A stretch of DNA of 64,000 nt from Paraspadella gotoi (lineage: Eukaryota; Animalia; Chaetognatha), in assembly GCA_051294375.1 (NCBI GenBank), contig CM119266.1, forward strand, positions 6,961,431 to 7,025,430. The letters run 5' to 3'. Of this stretch, positions 29,379 to 41,200 are shown one piece after another. Each line of letters opens with the position of its first letter. The stretch's first letter is position 1. Under the pieces are notes generated by a model. It saw only the letters and a list, made by a program, of their open reading frames with translations. It ran no database searches and was not told the DNA's origin. The translations under genes and the position numbers were made by a program.

Positions 29379-32294
29379 CAGTATCACACAGAAATGGCGG
29401 GGCGGGCGCGGCGTTGCCGGCGTCGGCCGCCTCATCGTCTACGACGACGACATCCTCGCCGACAGAGTCGCTGGCGGCAAATTCGCTTCCGCCGGCGTCG
29501 CCATCTTCGTCGTCGTCGTCGTCTTCCTCATCGTCGTCATCGTCCTCGCTACAGTAACGCATGATGAAGACGAGCTTGACGCGCTCGATAATGTGACAGA
29601 GGGCGATGGCGGCCGTCATCTTCAGATTCAAGAACTGCTGAACCGTCGGGAGGTTGAGCAGCATGAAGGCCTGACCGTCGATCTGCTCTTCGAGGAAGAT
29701 GGGGCTTAAGTAGCCGCACTCCGTCCTGAGATGAGGGAAGGTTATAGTTGAAAATGAATAGATCGACGGAATAAAATATAAGAGAAGCGAAAAATATCAT
29801 CACCTCTTCTAGATTTCATCCCAACTCATCTCCTGTATCTCTTAATCTCATCCCCCCCCCTCCCGAACCTCGAAATGAAAGCGGCCATCTCCTCCGTCGT
29901 CCAGTAGAGTGGATTGGAGGTGATCTCCGATCCGACGTCCTTGGAATCGCTCGTCGACGCCGCCTCCTCTTCCTCCTCCTTGGTCGTGCAGGATTCTTCC
30001 TCCTTGACGACCGGTTCCGACTTGGTCGAAACAACGGCGTCGATGCCGTCTCCGTCTCCGAGAACCTCCTCTTTGGCGGAGACGATCTCGGCGCCGGAAG
30101 GCGGGACGGCGGCGCTAGTGGACGGAATCGGCGACGACGCGGCGGATGCTGGAGACGAGGATGTTGTCGGACCATCGATGGCTTGAGTCGGCGCGGATTC
30201 GGTTCCGGCTACCGGCGATTCGGGTTCGATCGGCGTCGTCGGAGACGAGGACGTCGGTGGAGGCGTCGGACTCGTCGGTGGAGGCGTCGGACTAGACGGT
30301 GGAGGCGTGGCAACCGACGTGGTCGACTTTAGATCTTTGTTTTCTCTCCCGCTGTTCGACTTCGCATCTTGATTGTCATCTTCGTCGTCGCCTTGACTAT
30401 CGCCGTCGTTATCGTCGTCGTCGTCGTTCCGCGTCTCGACGTCGACTTCCCCAGATTTCGTCTTCCCATCATCTTCATCCTCATCCTCCTTCGCCGTCTC
30501 CGCCTTCTCATCCTCGACCGTCTCGACGCTTTCGTCCAGAGTCGCGGAGGAGGAGGAAGAGGAAGAGGCGGAGACGGTCTCTTCGGTCTTCGTCCTCTTC
30601 GCCTCCTTCTCTTCCTCTTCCTTCTCCGTCTTCCTCTTTCCTCTTCCTCTCCATCCCCCTCTCCTCGACGGCTTCTTCGGCTCAGGCGATGGCGTCAGGC
30701 GGAGAAACTCTTTCCGCCTGGCGCCCCTCGTCACGCGGCCTGACGACGTCACTTCCGGCGGAGGCGTCGTCGATCTCGCTTCGTCGACGGGGAGTTTGGA
30801 TGCGTCGTCTTCTGGCTTTGAATCCGCTTCGTGTTTGGAGTCGGCTTCCGCCTTGGCGACGACCTCCTCCGACTGCGCCAGTTTTCCCGCCGATCGCGTC
30901 GAAGGCTTGTGGACGACCGGTTTGGCGCCGTTGGGGATCGGAGAGGCGCCGCGCGATACAGGTGGAGAACTCGACGGCGCCGCCGACGCCGCCAGCCGGC
31001 CTCTCGTCGATTTTCCCTTCATACTCGTCGAGAAAGTCGACAAGTCGGGCGGCGATGGCGGCAAAAAGCTTTTCTCGTGCGTCTTCTTGTCGAAGGTGTA
31101 GCGGGGGCCTTTGCCCAGAGACGCTCGGGTCCGAATCTCCGTCGGCGGAGGCACGGAGAAACTGTACTTTCGCTTTTTGGTCTCCTCCTCCGCGTTCTAC
31201 GAAAGATAATGTTAATAAAACTTAATAACATCTATGAAAATTGAATTATTTCAGGCTGTTATTTTCCCACTTTTCCCCTTCTAAAATAGCCTCACATTCC
31301 TCTCCCTTACCTTGGGACTCCTCACATCCTCGATAAACGAGTCGAGTCCGCGTTTCTTTCCTCCAGATTTCGTCGAAGAAGATCGAAGCGTCTTTTCCGT
31401 AGGAAGGTCAGGACTCGTCGCCTCCTTTATTTATTTTTAATTATTAATAATCATAAACTTTTTCATTTCAAATGCCTAATTTATTAAAATATAAGTCGAA
31501 TAAGTCTCCCCCCCAGACCTGCTTAGCCTCTTTTCGCTTCGGTCGTCCCCGTCTTTTGTTGGTCGTTTCCGGAGTGTGTTCTCCCTCGCCGCCTAGAATG
31601 AAACAACGCCATCTCTCGTGATTAAAATAAAACTAAAAGAGCAACGAGGCTTGAAAGAGAGTGATAAATCATAAACTGATGAAAAAAAAAAAAGAATTAA
31701 TGAAATTTAGTTAAAAAAGCTAAATGAAAGTAAGACAACACATCTTTCGATTCTTTTTCTCCACTCACCATCCTTTGACGGTTCGACGCCGGCCGTTTCG
31801 TCGGCGGCGGCGTCGTCGGCGCCGTGATTTTCGTCTTCAGCCTTCGAAGCCTTAGAGTCGGCAGAATTGGCGTTTGCGGCGGAGTTAGCGGTAGAGTTTG
31901 CGGCGCCAGCGCCGCGTTTCCTTCGCTTTCTGCCTCCGCGGAAGACCGTCGCCGGTTTCACGGGTCGCTTCACGCTGTCGAGACGAAATCACAAAAAAGT
32001 AAATGTGAAATTCAGATTATGATTTAAGCTTATAATCACAAAAAAGCTCCTTCTCTTCTTCCCTTTAATCGAAACCCTTTTTTCCCCCTTACCTATCGCA
32101 GTTCTCTGGACAGGGCTGCCCGTTGTAGTGATGCGGAGAGATAAGGTTGCAGCAACTGTCAAGTCGACGGCAGACTTCGCGGCAAAAGTCTTCAACGCGA
32201 TCGGCGAAGCGCGGGATCTCCACAGAGCCGCGGTAGCTTCGGCCGCGGCAGATGCGCGCCTTCAGAACCTGGAAAGGATCATCAGATAGTTTAT

Positions 32295-32342
<48 letters not shown>

Positions 32343-33549
32343 TTCTCGCACCTGTTTCTCCATATCATGGTCGTCATCTTCATCGGCTTCCAACTGCAGC
32401 TCCTTCAAGACTTTGGCCGGTTTGTAGCCGACGTTGACGAGTTTGGACAAAACGTCGTTCAGCACCAGAGAGACGTTGCCGGGTCCAACGGCCCTGCGAG
32501 GATAAGTTAAAAGATAATTATCTCCGATAATCCACTATAATTACTAATTAAGTCGTTGTCTCACCTGGGCAACTCGGCGATCCTATTTTTACTGAGGTAG
32601 GGGCCGCAGTAGCATTTGTGGTTGAAATAAATTAGCGGACAGTGACTGCTACGCCCGGGTTTAGCGTTTTCTAATTCTTCCTCCTTGAAATTAAAAAAAA
32701 AAATTAAAAATAATCAAAATTAAACTTTAGTCTTTAATCTTTAGATTATATTTATTCAACTATATATTTTACTTCGGCGAAATCAGGATTCAGCAAAAAC
32801 ATTGATAAAAATTTTCAAGATTAATATATTATTTTTTTAATATATTAATTTTCAAACCTGGTTCCCAAACGACGGCTCGGTCATGACCTTGACCTCCTCC
32901 TTCCGCTCGGTCAGAATCTCCTCCTTGTAGATGGCGACGCTGTTGCAGATGGCGTCGACAAATGGCGCCGCCTTCATCTCCATCGCTTCGACCATCTCCT
33001 TCAATCCGTGGGGCCGAAGGATCGGGTGATGGTTCACCTGGGACATAAAAATTGAATTTTGGGGGCATTATGTTATTATATTAAATAATTTTCTGAATAA
33101 AAAAATTGGTAATTTGTTCATTCCATTCATTCCTCCCCACTCCGAGTCCGCCATCTCACCTGGCACCACCCGACCGAGTAGAGATCGAGCGATCGAGAGT
33201 CGACGACGAGGTGATGACGCTCGCCCGTCGACGCCTCCGTCTCAGCCTCCGACGTCGCGTCCAAGTGGAGCCAGAGCATCGGACCCACGACGCGCTTCAC
33301 CGTCGCCGGCCAGATCGAGTCGCTAGGATTGTAGTTTTGGTTAGCTTTTGTTATCAATTTGAATTTAAATTTTAAACACAAATTGTATTGATTGTATTTG
33401 TAAATACCTGTAGGGCGGATGGGCTACTTCTAATTTTTCGTTTTCTGAGAAATGTGATTCCAGCTCGCCCGATGTATTGTGATCAATGAGAATCTGTTAG
33501 ATAGAGGAAAGGGAGGGAGAGAGGGAGGGAGGGAGGGAGGGAGGGAGGG

Positions 33550-33623
<74 letters not shown>

Positions 33624-36060
33624 AAGAGAGAGAGATAAGTAACCTAAGCGAGATAATCGATCTTCCAATTCCGACAATCGCGATTTCCACTCACGTTTTG
33701 CGGAAACATCCACCTCGGCGCGGGAGCGGAGTCGGTCGCTTCCAAATATTGCCGCCAGTCGAAAGGTTTGCTCCCCCATCCGCGAGGCGGCGTTAGAAGG
33801 AGACCGTTGGACGAACAAAAGTCGATCGGGAAGGCGTTGGTCAAATTGGCGTAGCATAGAAAGGGGGCGGGAAGTGGGGAATCTGGGGTGGGAGGTGACA
33901 AAATATGTTTTATCAATAAATAAGGTAATTCCTAAAAACTTTTTATTTTCTTCCTTTCTTAAAAATACCTTTGATGCCCCTTTGTCAATTATTCTTGAAA
34001 ATAGAATATTTTCTTCATAATATATTAAACAAAAGAACAACGACCACGCTCCCCCTACCGTCGACGACGTCCATCCTGAGAAAGCAGAAGCGATCGTCGA
34101 CGACCCCGACGACAGTGGCGGGTCCGATCTTGGCGTGGCATTCCGGGTCGATCGCCTCTAGTTTGGCGCCGACTTCGAAGCACTGGATGTAGAGGGGATC
34201 CTGGTCGGCGAAGACCTCGTTTGGCACCGGCGCCGCATCCGGCGCTGACAGCGCCGCCGCTAGCGCCGTCGCCCAATCCTCGAAGGAGTCGCCCGGCGCC
34301 ACGAAGCGCGGCGGCGGCCGGAAATCGGCGCCGTGTGTCGCCGCCCAACCGACGGGGTGAAGGAAGGGGGAAGAGTAAAAAAGCCAAAAGTCCTCGTCTT
34401 TCTTTTCATCATCATCTTCTCCTTCTTCTTCCCGCTCTTCCTTCTTCTCGACTCTCACGAAGCGCAGCCGAAGTCGACCGCCGACGTTGGCGCCGACGCG
34501 AGCGAGCCAGACTGCGTCGGGTCGGCCGAACGGGTCGCGACACTCGACCAGCATGCCGGGGGCGATGACGTCGGCGGGGGCGGCGCCGTCCGTGCCGCTG
34601 AGAGCGAAGGCGGGGGCATGGGGAGAGGAATTGACGCGGTCCTCGACCGCCGCCTGCCACGACGCCGCTTTCGACGACGCCGCAGCGAGAGGTGGGACGA
34701 GGCACTTGGCGTTTTCGGCACACCAACCGATTGGGTGGAGGTTCCCGTCGCGAAGGACCTCCCAGAATTCTGATACCGAAAAAATTTTTATAAACATTTT
34801 TTTTAAAAAATAAGAGAAAATCTTTAATAGTACAATTTACAAAAATTGTATATCGTTACTTGTATATTCTATAACTATGCTTTTAAAAGTTTTTATTAAT
34901 AATGAGTGCTAAACAATAAATTCCGCTCATCAATTAAAAAAATGGTACTTTAAAAAACTATTCTTAATATTCTTTTAAACTAAAATTAAATTGTTTTTAA
35001 ACTGCAAAATCTTATTTTCACTTCGCAATTCGTTTTTGCTATAGGCAAAAAACAATAAAAAATCTTATCTTTATAGTATCTTTATCAGTAAACAATTTTA
35101 ACTTTTAATTGTTAAAGTTTTTTTGATGAAACAAATTCTAGAAGTAGATTGTTAAAAAACCAATACATTTAAATCGTTTTCAAGGGTTTACAGTGACCAA
35201 TGACAATTCGCGAGTTAAAATGTAATTTCATGAGTCGTAATGATATTTTGCGAGTAAAAATGATGTTTTTCGAGTCGAAATAAGATTTTGCGAGTCAAAA
35301 TGATATTTTTCGAATCAAAATAGCCTTTGGCAAGAGAAAATGATAATTTTAAACATAAAATAATATTTTGTGAGTCAATATAGCATTTCAAGAGTCGAAA
35401 TGAAATTTCTCGAGTAAAAATAAGATTTTGCAAGTCCACAAAACAATTTACAAATAGAAATGACAGTTCTCGAATCAAACACTTATGTAAGAAAATAACA
35501 CAAATAGAAAAACAAAAACAAAAAATCTATTGATGGCACTTTTACTTTTACAATTAAAGATACCCTGAAAAAAAGTTCGACTTTAAAGCTAAAAATAGAT
35601 CCGATTTTTTATTTCATAGAAATGACAACTCACCCAAATCTTCGACGACACTCTCCATTCCCAGATACTTGAGCATGACCATCGGACCGCAAGAGATGAC
35701 GATCTCCGCGAGCCAATAGATCTCGGAGGCGTCGGCGACGGCGTCGACGGCGAAGTGTTGGGGGTGCTTCACGCGCGATTCGAGGATCATGCCCTTGCGA
35801 AGGGCGGAGCGAACGCTGCGATCGAGATGCTCGAAGGCGTGATCGGGCACCGCAGCGGCGTCGGCGGCGTCGAGGATCGAATGCCAGTCAAAGTCTTCGG
35901 CATCGATCGTGTCGTCGGGGGAAAACGACGACGAATAGCTGCGGCGGAACGTCGGAGCCGCGGAGGCAGCATCTTCGCCGCGCCAACGATCCCCGCTCGA
36001 GGCGGCGGCGAAGACGTCGAGAACAAAACTCGCCAGTTGTTGGCGGTGATGAAGCGCCAT
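29305..36060 (-). CDS. SFMBT: Scm-like with four MBT domains (SFMBT1/2-type Polycomb-group protein): 4 MBT repeats, SLED domain, low-complexity region, SAM domain; ~14 exons
   Basis: MBT motifs [163 protein letters not shown]. Confidence 0.9.
29312..29376 (+). repeat. (GA)n microsatellite at the 3' end of the SFMBT ORF
   Basis: Direct observation. Confidence 0.95.
32296..32340 (+). repeat. (GA)n microsatellite, SFMBT intron
   Basis: Direct observation. Confidence 0.95.
33510..33635 (+). repeat. (GGGA)n + (GA)n compound microsatellite, SFMBT intron
   Basis: Direct observation. Confidence 0.95.
35211..35480 (+). repeat. 20-bp minisatellite (consensus ~GAGTCRAAATGATATTTTGC), about 11-13 diverged units in SFMBT intron 1
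   Basis: Units gagtcgtaatgatattttgc / gagtcgaaataagattttgc / gagtcaaaatgatatttttc recur every 20 nt. Confidence 0.85.
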
Positions 36061-37876
36061 CTTTCGGAGGGAGCGTCGTCGCGCGTCCCTCGATTACGAG
36101 AAGAAAAGCGACGCGAGTAGTTTTTTTTTGTTTTTTTTGGCGTTAAACTTTTTACGTCGATTTTTAATATTAGAATTGTTATTTGTTATTTTACGATAAA
36201 ATCCAAAGGAGCGACGACTTTTTTTTTCAATGTTATACGCAGTTTTATTTATTTTCTCTGCGAATATTTTAAAGTTAAAATCTACAAAGTTGATTTTAAA
36301 ACTGTCAGAGCGAAACAGCGCACGTATAATTTAGGTCACTGAAAGAAAAAAAAATTAGTTAAAATTAATGCACCAATAAAAGCAACAAAAAAAAGTTATA
36401 AAAAAAATACTTCTATTTTAAAAGTATTTATTAATATGGATACAGGATATCAGTATCTTTTTTTTTTATTTTAGAGTGATGTATCCTATCATGAAAATAA
36501 GAAATATTAATTTAGTTCGAAAAAATTAGAAACTTTGTTTAGAAATTTTTAATGATTATAATGGTATTCACATATTAACAAACTTCGTAAGCTTTAAGTG
36601 TAATAACGGAATTAATAATTCTTCCTTGCGACTTTCTGAGCAAATCTTTCGAAAATTACAATCAAAAAGCGAAATGTGGGAAGAAGAAGGAATATGGCAG
36701 AAGTTATTTTCATGTCACGATTTAGTCGTATTTCCCGAAGATGACTCGTTCCCTTTGAAAGACGCCTGTCTTTTCTTTTTATTTCTATTTTCTTTACAAT
36801 ATTCGACTATATTGATTTTAATATTAAAATGTTTGAAAGTTTGAATAGTCGGTCAAGACAGGTATCTGCTACAGATTTCTTATTTCGTAGTTTCAAAAAA
36901 GTATCATAAAAATATTAAGTGAAATTAAAATTAATGCCGTCAAAATAATAAAATATAATTGGCCCGTCACAATTTTTTTAAACCTGAACAAAAAAAATGT
37001 TCCTGTATTTAAGTGAAGATAAATAAAAAAAATCATTTCCCAAATTTTTTACTAAATAAAATATAATTTAAACTTCCCTTCATATTATTTAAAATAGTAC
37101 GATTTAAGCTTTCTGAGAAATCTCCTAAAAAACTTTTTCTACACATTTAAATCATTTAACCAAATAAACATTTATAAAATTTAAACACTAAAAAAATGCT
37201 ATAAAAATTAAAAATTAATTATAACAGTATCTATACATTTAAAAGAAACGAATTGGATTTTCCACATTAGTCGTTGAGATCACAGGCTGAAAGCTGAGTT
37301 AAGTGTGGAGGCAAAGCGTGAGGAAGAAGAGCCGAGCTTTTTCGGAGGAGATGAATCAAAAACTGGATTTGTTTTTCAGTTCTAGTTACGTTAGTATTGT
37401 TTTAAAAAAATTAATTGCATAATTTTCGAAGGTTAATTTAACTTGCAGATACGCATTTTGTTTATACGAGTTTATATTTCGAGTTTATTAAGTTGTTGGA
37501 GGAGGATTAAAACTTGCACTCGCTTTTTAAATAAACCTAAATCTTTTGAAGTTTATAAAAAGGTTTATCATTATAAACATAAATAAATGTTATAAAATCT
37601 CAAGAATATACTTTAGTAATATGAAACATTTAATTTTTAAAATCGAAAACGCTTTAACATAAAAATTAAAAGGAAATAAAGCGAAAATCAAAAAACTTTA
37701 AATAAACCACTTAAATCAGAAATTTTTTTTCAAAAAAACGTATTAGAACTAAACTATGAGTCGTAAGAAACAATGTAAAATACATAATAAGGTGTTTAAA
37801 AATATTTATCAAGATAAAATAATAAAATTAAAGTAAAGTGGAGACGCGGATTTGAGATCCAGTCCGGACAACAGGC

Positions 37877-38173
37877 ATGAGTCTAATTCTTTTCTTCTCA
37901 AACAAAAAGGCATCGATTTGCTCGGATTTGATTCTGCAGCAGCAGCAGTCAAGTTCTTCGTCGTCTCGTCTGATGACGGGAGGGGACCCTTTTCTTTCCA
38001 TTAACATATCCGCGCCGCCGACCAATGAGCGGCCCGCGTGGCTCTCTTATGTGAGGCCGGAGGGAGCCCGCTTTCAAAACGTCCACACCGCGAAGGCCCA
38101 TTTTTTTTATCCATACGTGGACAAAACTGTGGTAATTCGCGTGGTCGGAAATAACTTGCGAAGTCTAATGTAG
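37877..38173 (+). CDS. Possible terminal exon of an unrecognised gene (..GDPFLSINISAPPTNERPAWLSYVRPEGARFQNVHTAKAHFFYPYVDKTVVIRVVGNNLRSLM*)
   Basis: GC-richer island with acceptor-like ttctgcag in AT-rich DNA; no recognised homology. Confidence 0.3.
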   Translation: MSLILFFSNKKASICSDLILQQQQSSSSSSRLMTGGDPFLSINISAPPTNERPAWLSYVRPEGARFQNVHTAKAHFFYPYVDKTVVIRVVGNNLRSLM

Positions 38174-38290
38174 AAATAAATATACGAGAAGTTTTAAAAA
38201 AAGATAAACTTTCATTCCTGAGAAAAACATGATTGTCATGAGGCGAGGAGAAGTGCATTAACATTTTCGGACTTTTCATGAGTTAAATTT

Positions 38291-41200
38291 TTAGGGACAG
38301 TTTTGTTTTTGAATCTTGTGAGCCCACGGGAGGAGAGATTGGAGGCGAGAGGCCCTTGACGGCGGGGACGGGTGCGTGGATCTCCACTCGGGCGGGGTGT
38401 TACGAAAAGTCAAAATCCGCCAATGATCAGGAATCTTTAAATAAAAAACGAATTATTATTAAAAGGGTCTTTCGCAGTTGAACTGTTTACAATTGTTTAT
38501 CTCTATTGTTATGGTCAAGCGTAAATGTTAACTGTTCATGATCATATTGAAATTAATCGTGTAATTATATATGTTATTGAAATTAATAGGCTTCTTTTAT
38601 TTTCAAATGACGCTAGTTAGATAACAATACTAATTTATCCGGAAATCTCGACTTTTTTACATTTTTTTTTTAGCTAACTTACTTATGATTAGTGTCAACC
38701 TTCTTTTTTTTCTAATTAGCTATAGCTAACTGAAACTCACTTTCAGTTTGACTTGGTAAATAAGCATTCTTATTGCAACATTGCAAAAAGAGAACCTTAA
38801 TTTATTTAACTATAATATTTATTAATTCAGCCAAATGCGGATATTAAATGTTCGTCTACTCTTTAGTATATTTTGTATAGTTCCAGCTGAAAACGTTAAG
38901 CGAAGGTCTGTTTGAAATAAGCTATGCAGACAGTCCGCGATGTCAAAATGGTTGTCCCCATTCATTCATTTAAATGGCGGATTTCCGAATTATTTCTATT
39001 ATTTCAATTATTTCTATGAGCCATTTTTTCCTTTGTCCACTCTTCACTTTCAAAAATTTAGTTGCAATTTCTATAAGTGCGAGTTCAGAATTTTTAAACA
39101 AAACCTGGTTAACGTTAAAACAAGCTTTGGCGGCGAGCTTGAGCCCGACGACGTCGGCCTCCCTCTCGATTAGTCGCATGTAGGGCAAAGTCCAGAAGAT
39201 GTTGAATACCAGCGCCGACGCCGTGGAGAAGGCCACGGCGAAGGCGAGGTAGGCGAGGGAGGACGAGGCGAGGAGACTGCTGCCCACTAACCATCCCGCG
39301 CCAATCCCTTGCAAGGCGTAGAGGAAAAGGAGAGAATGGTCATTGGTCAAGAATAGAATCCGATTACTTTTGTTTTAGGAAATTGGTCACTTAATAATAA
39401 AGACAGAAGTTCAGGCTTTCAACAATTCTCAGTGATTTTAGCTGAGCTGAGTTGTTTTTTTTTTACCTGAAGAAATTACAGTAATGCTATTTTTTCGATT
39501 TACGTGTATCCGTTAATGGTTTTTGGATAAAAAACTAGCAGAAAATTAAACTGAGCCAAAACTGAATTACGACTTACGCAATAAACATAAATCCCGCTAA
39601 AGAAACAACCTGCTCCGAAGAGTCCGCCCTGTCGGACGAACTGGATAAAGCATAAGTCTCTCGTATGACCGCAGATGACGTGACCGAGCTCGTGACCCAT
39701 GGCGTAGCCCAGTTGAGAGTCGTGCTCTACTAGGCCCAAATAATAGTCGGACAACCAAATGCTGCGGTTGTGCGGAACCACAAAACAGAGATACATGGGA
39801 ACTGACGGGTCGATCACCTGAGACGCGGCAGAAACGGGGAGAGTCAGTGGGTATAACTATAAGGAGCTGAGGATTATATGAGGATTATATGATCTTATAT
39901 ATATTATATTATAACAAAAAAAAAATTTTTTTCCATGAATATTAAGGCGGAGTGAAAGTTGCAGATCAAAATTCGAATAGTTGTTCATGAACAGTCTTGT
40001 ATTAAAGAACATTGATATATGAAAAAAAAATGTTTTTTTAATTTTTCAATTTTCGCATTAGCCCATATTTTTACATAGTACTGACCATAAAAAATGTCAA
40101 AAGTTTTAAAAATTTTTTTTTAAATTTTGAAAGCAGATTCGAATTCTTCATGAAAAATTGATAAAAGAAAATATAAATCTTAATCAACAAAAATTGGTTT
40201 TTGAGGCAACAACAATATTAATTTTAAAGAACAAACATGTTTCGACTCTTATGAAATTGCTACAACCAATATAAAAATTATCCATTCATTTAATAAATAA
40301 GCTATCTTGCCCCTGACTTTGGACAGGCTTTGGTGGTTTAAGGCCTACATCACTCTTACAAGATAATGACATAGCAGATCCCTGCAAGCTTTCAATCAAG
40401 ACTCTCTCACAGTCTCGTTTATTCACTCCCAGAGTACCTACCTGGCTTGCCTATCAATAAAGTCTGAAGTGGTATAATATTTCAAAGAATGTTTCAATTG
40501 TATGAAAAGACCACTCCCTTAAGTATTATACGAGTCTTCATCAGCGCATTAGTAGTACTAGTTGTTGCCTCAAAAACCAATTTTCATTAAATCTCATACA
40601 CAACAAAACGATACTATCGAACAAAGTCTTAATCAAAAATTCTTTCATTAAGTTAGCTAAAAATTTTTAAAAAAAAATTTTATACTAAAAAAATAGTTTT
40701 TTAGGATTTTGACCCACTTAATGAAATAAAAAGAGTCATATTTCCTTTTATCAACTTTTCTTGAAGAATTCGAATCTGCTTTTAAAAATAAGAAATAAAC
40801 ATTTTAAAAATTTTAATATTTTCTATTGAGAGTACTCTAGAATATTCTATGTATAACTATAAATGTGGGCTATGCGAAAATTGATAAATAAAAAAATATT
40901 TTTTTTAATTTAAAAATGTTAACAGGTACAAGCCTGCTCATGATCAAGATGAATTTTGATTCTACTTGATTTTAATATTTTTGCTACGCTTGAATGAGAG
41001 AGTGAAGATGAGCGCATTGGATAGAGAAATCAAAAGGCTTTCATAAAGAGGAAGAGACAAAGCATTGTTATTAATGTGATTCAACGAATGCGACGAAACA
41101 TTGCATTGCGCCAGCGTGACGAAAAATTTTGGTTACGTAATTTGGTTTGGTCAATGGGCGGGAGAAAAAAGGAAGAGTTTGCGCCCGCCGGCATCGCCCA

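Larger units (their letters stand above)
39943..40993. mobile_element. AT-rich MITE-like element (family B) with long imperfect inverted arms, interrupted by nested insertions
   Basis: Ends taaggcggag.. / ..ctacgcttga; arms 39943-40185 and 40740-40993 are mutually inverted; uninterrupted homologue at 60493-61021. Confidence 0.8.

Noticed and set aside
29160-31244. Long plus-strand ORFs opposite SFMBT (likewise opposite RFC1, BMS1 and TBC1D19)
   Set aside because: Antisense shadows of GC-rich exons with few stop codons; no independent homology
35211-35480. CRISPR-like array
   Set aside because: Contiguous degenerate 20-mers without unique spacers, in a eukaryotic intron, and no cas genes
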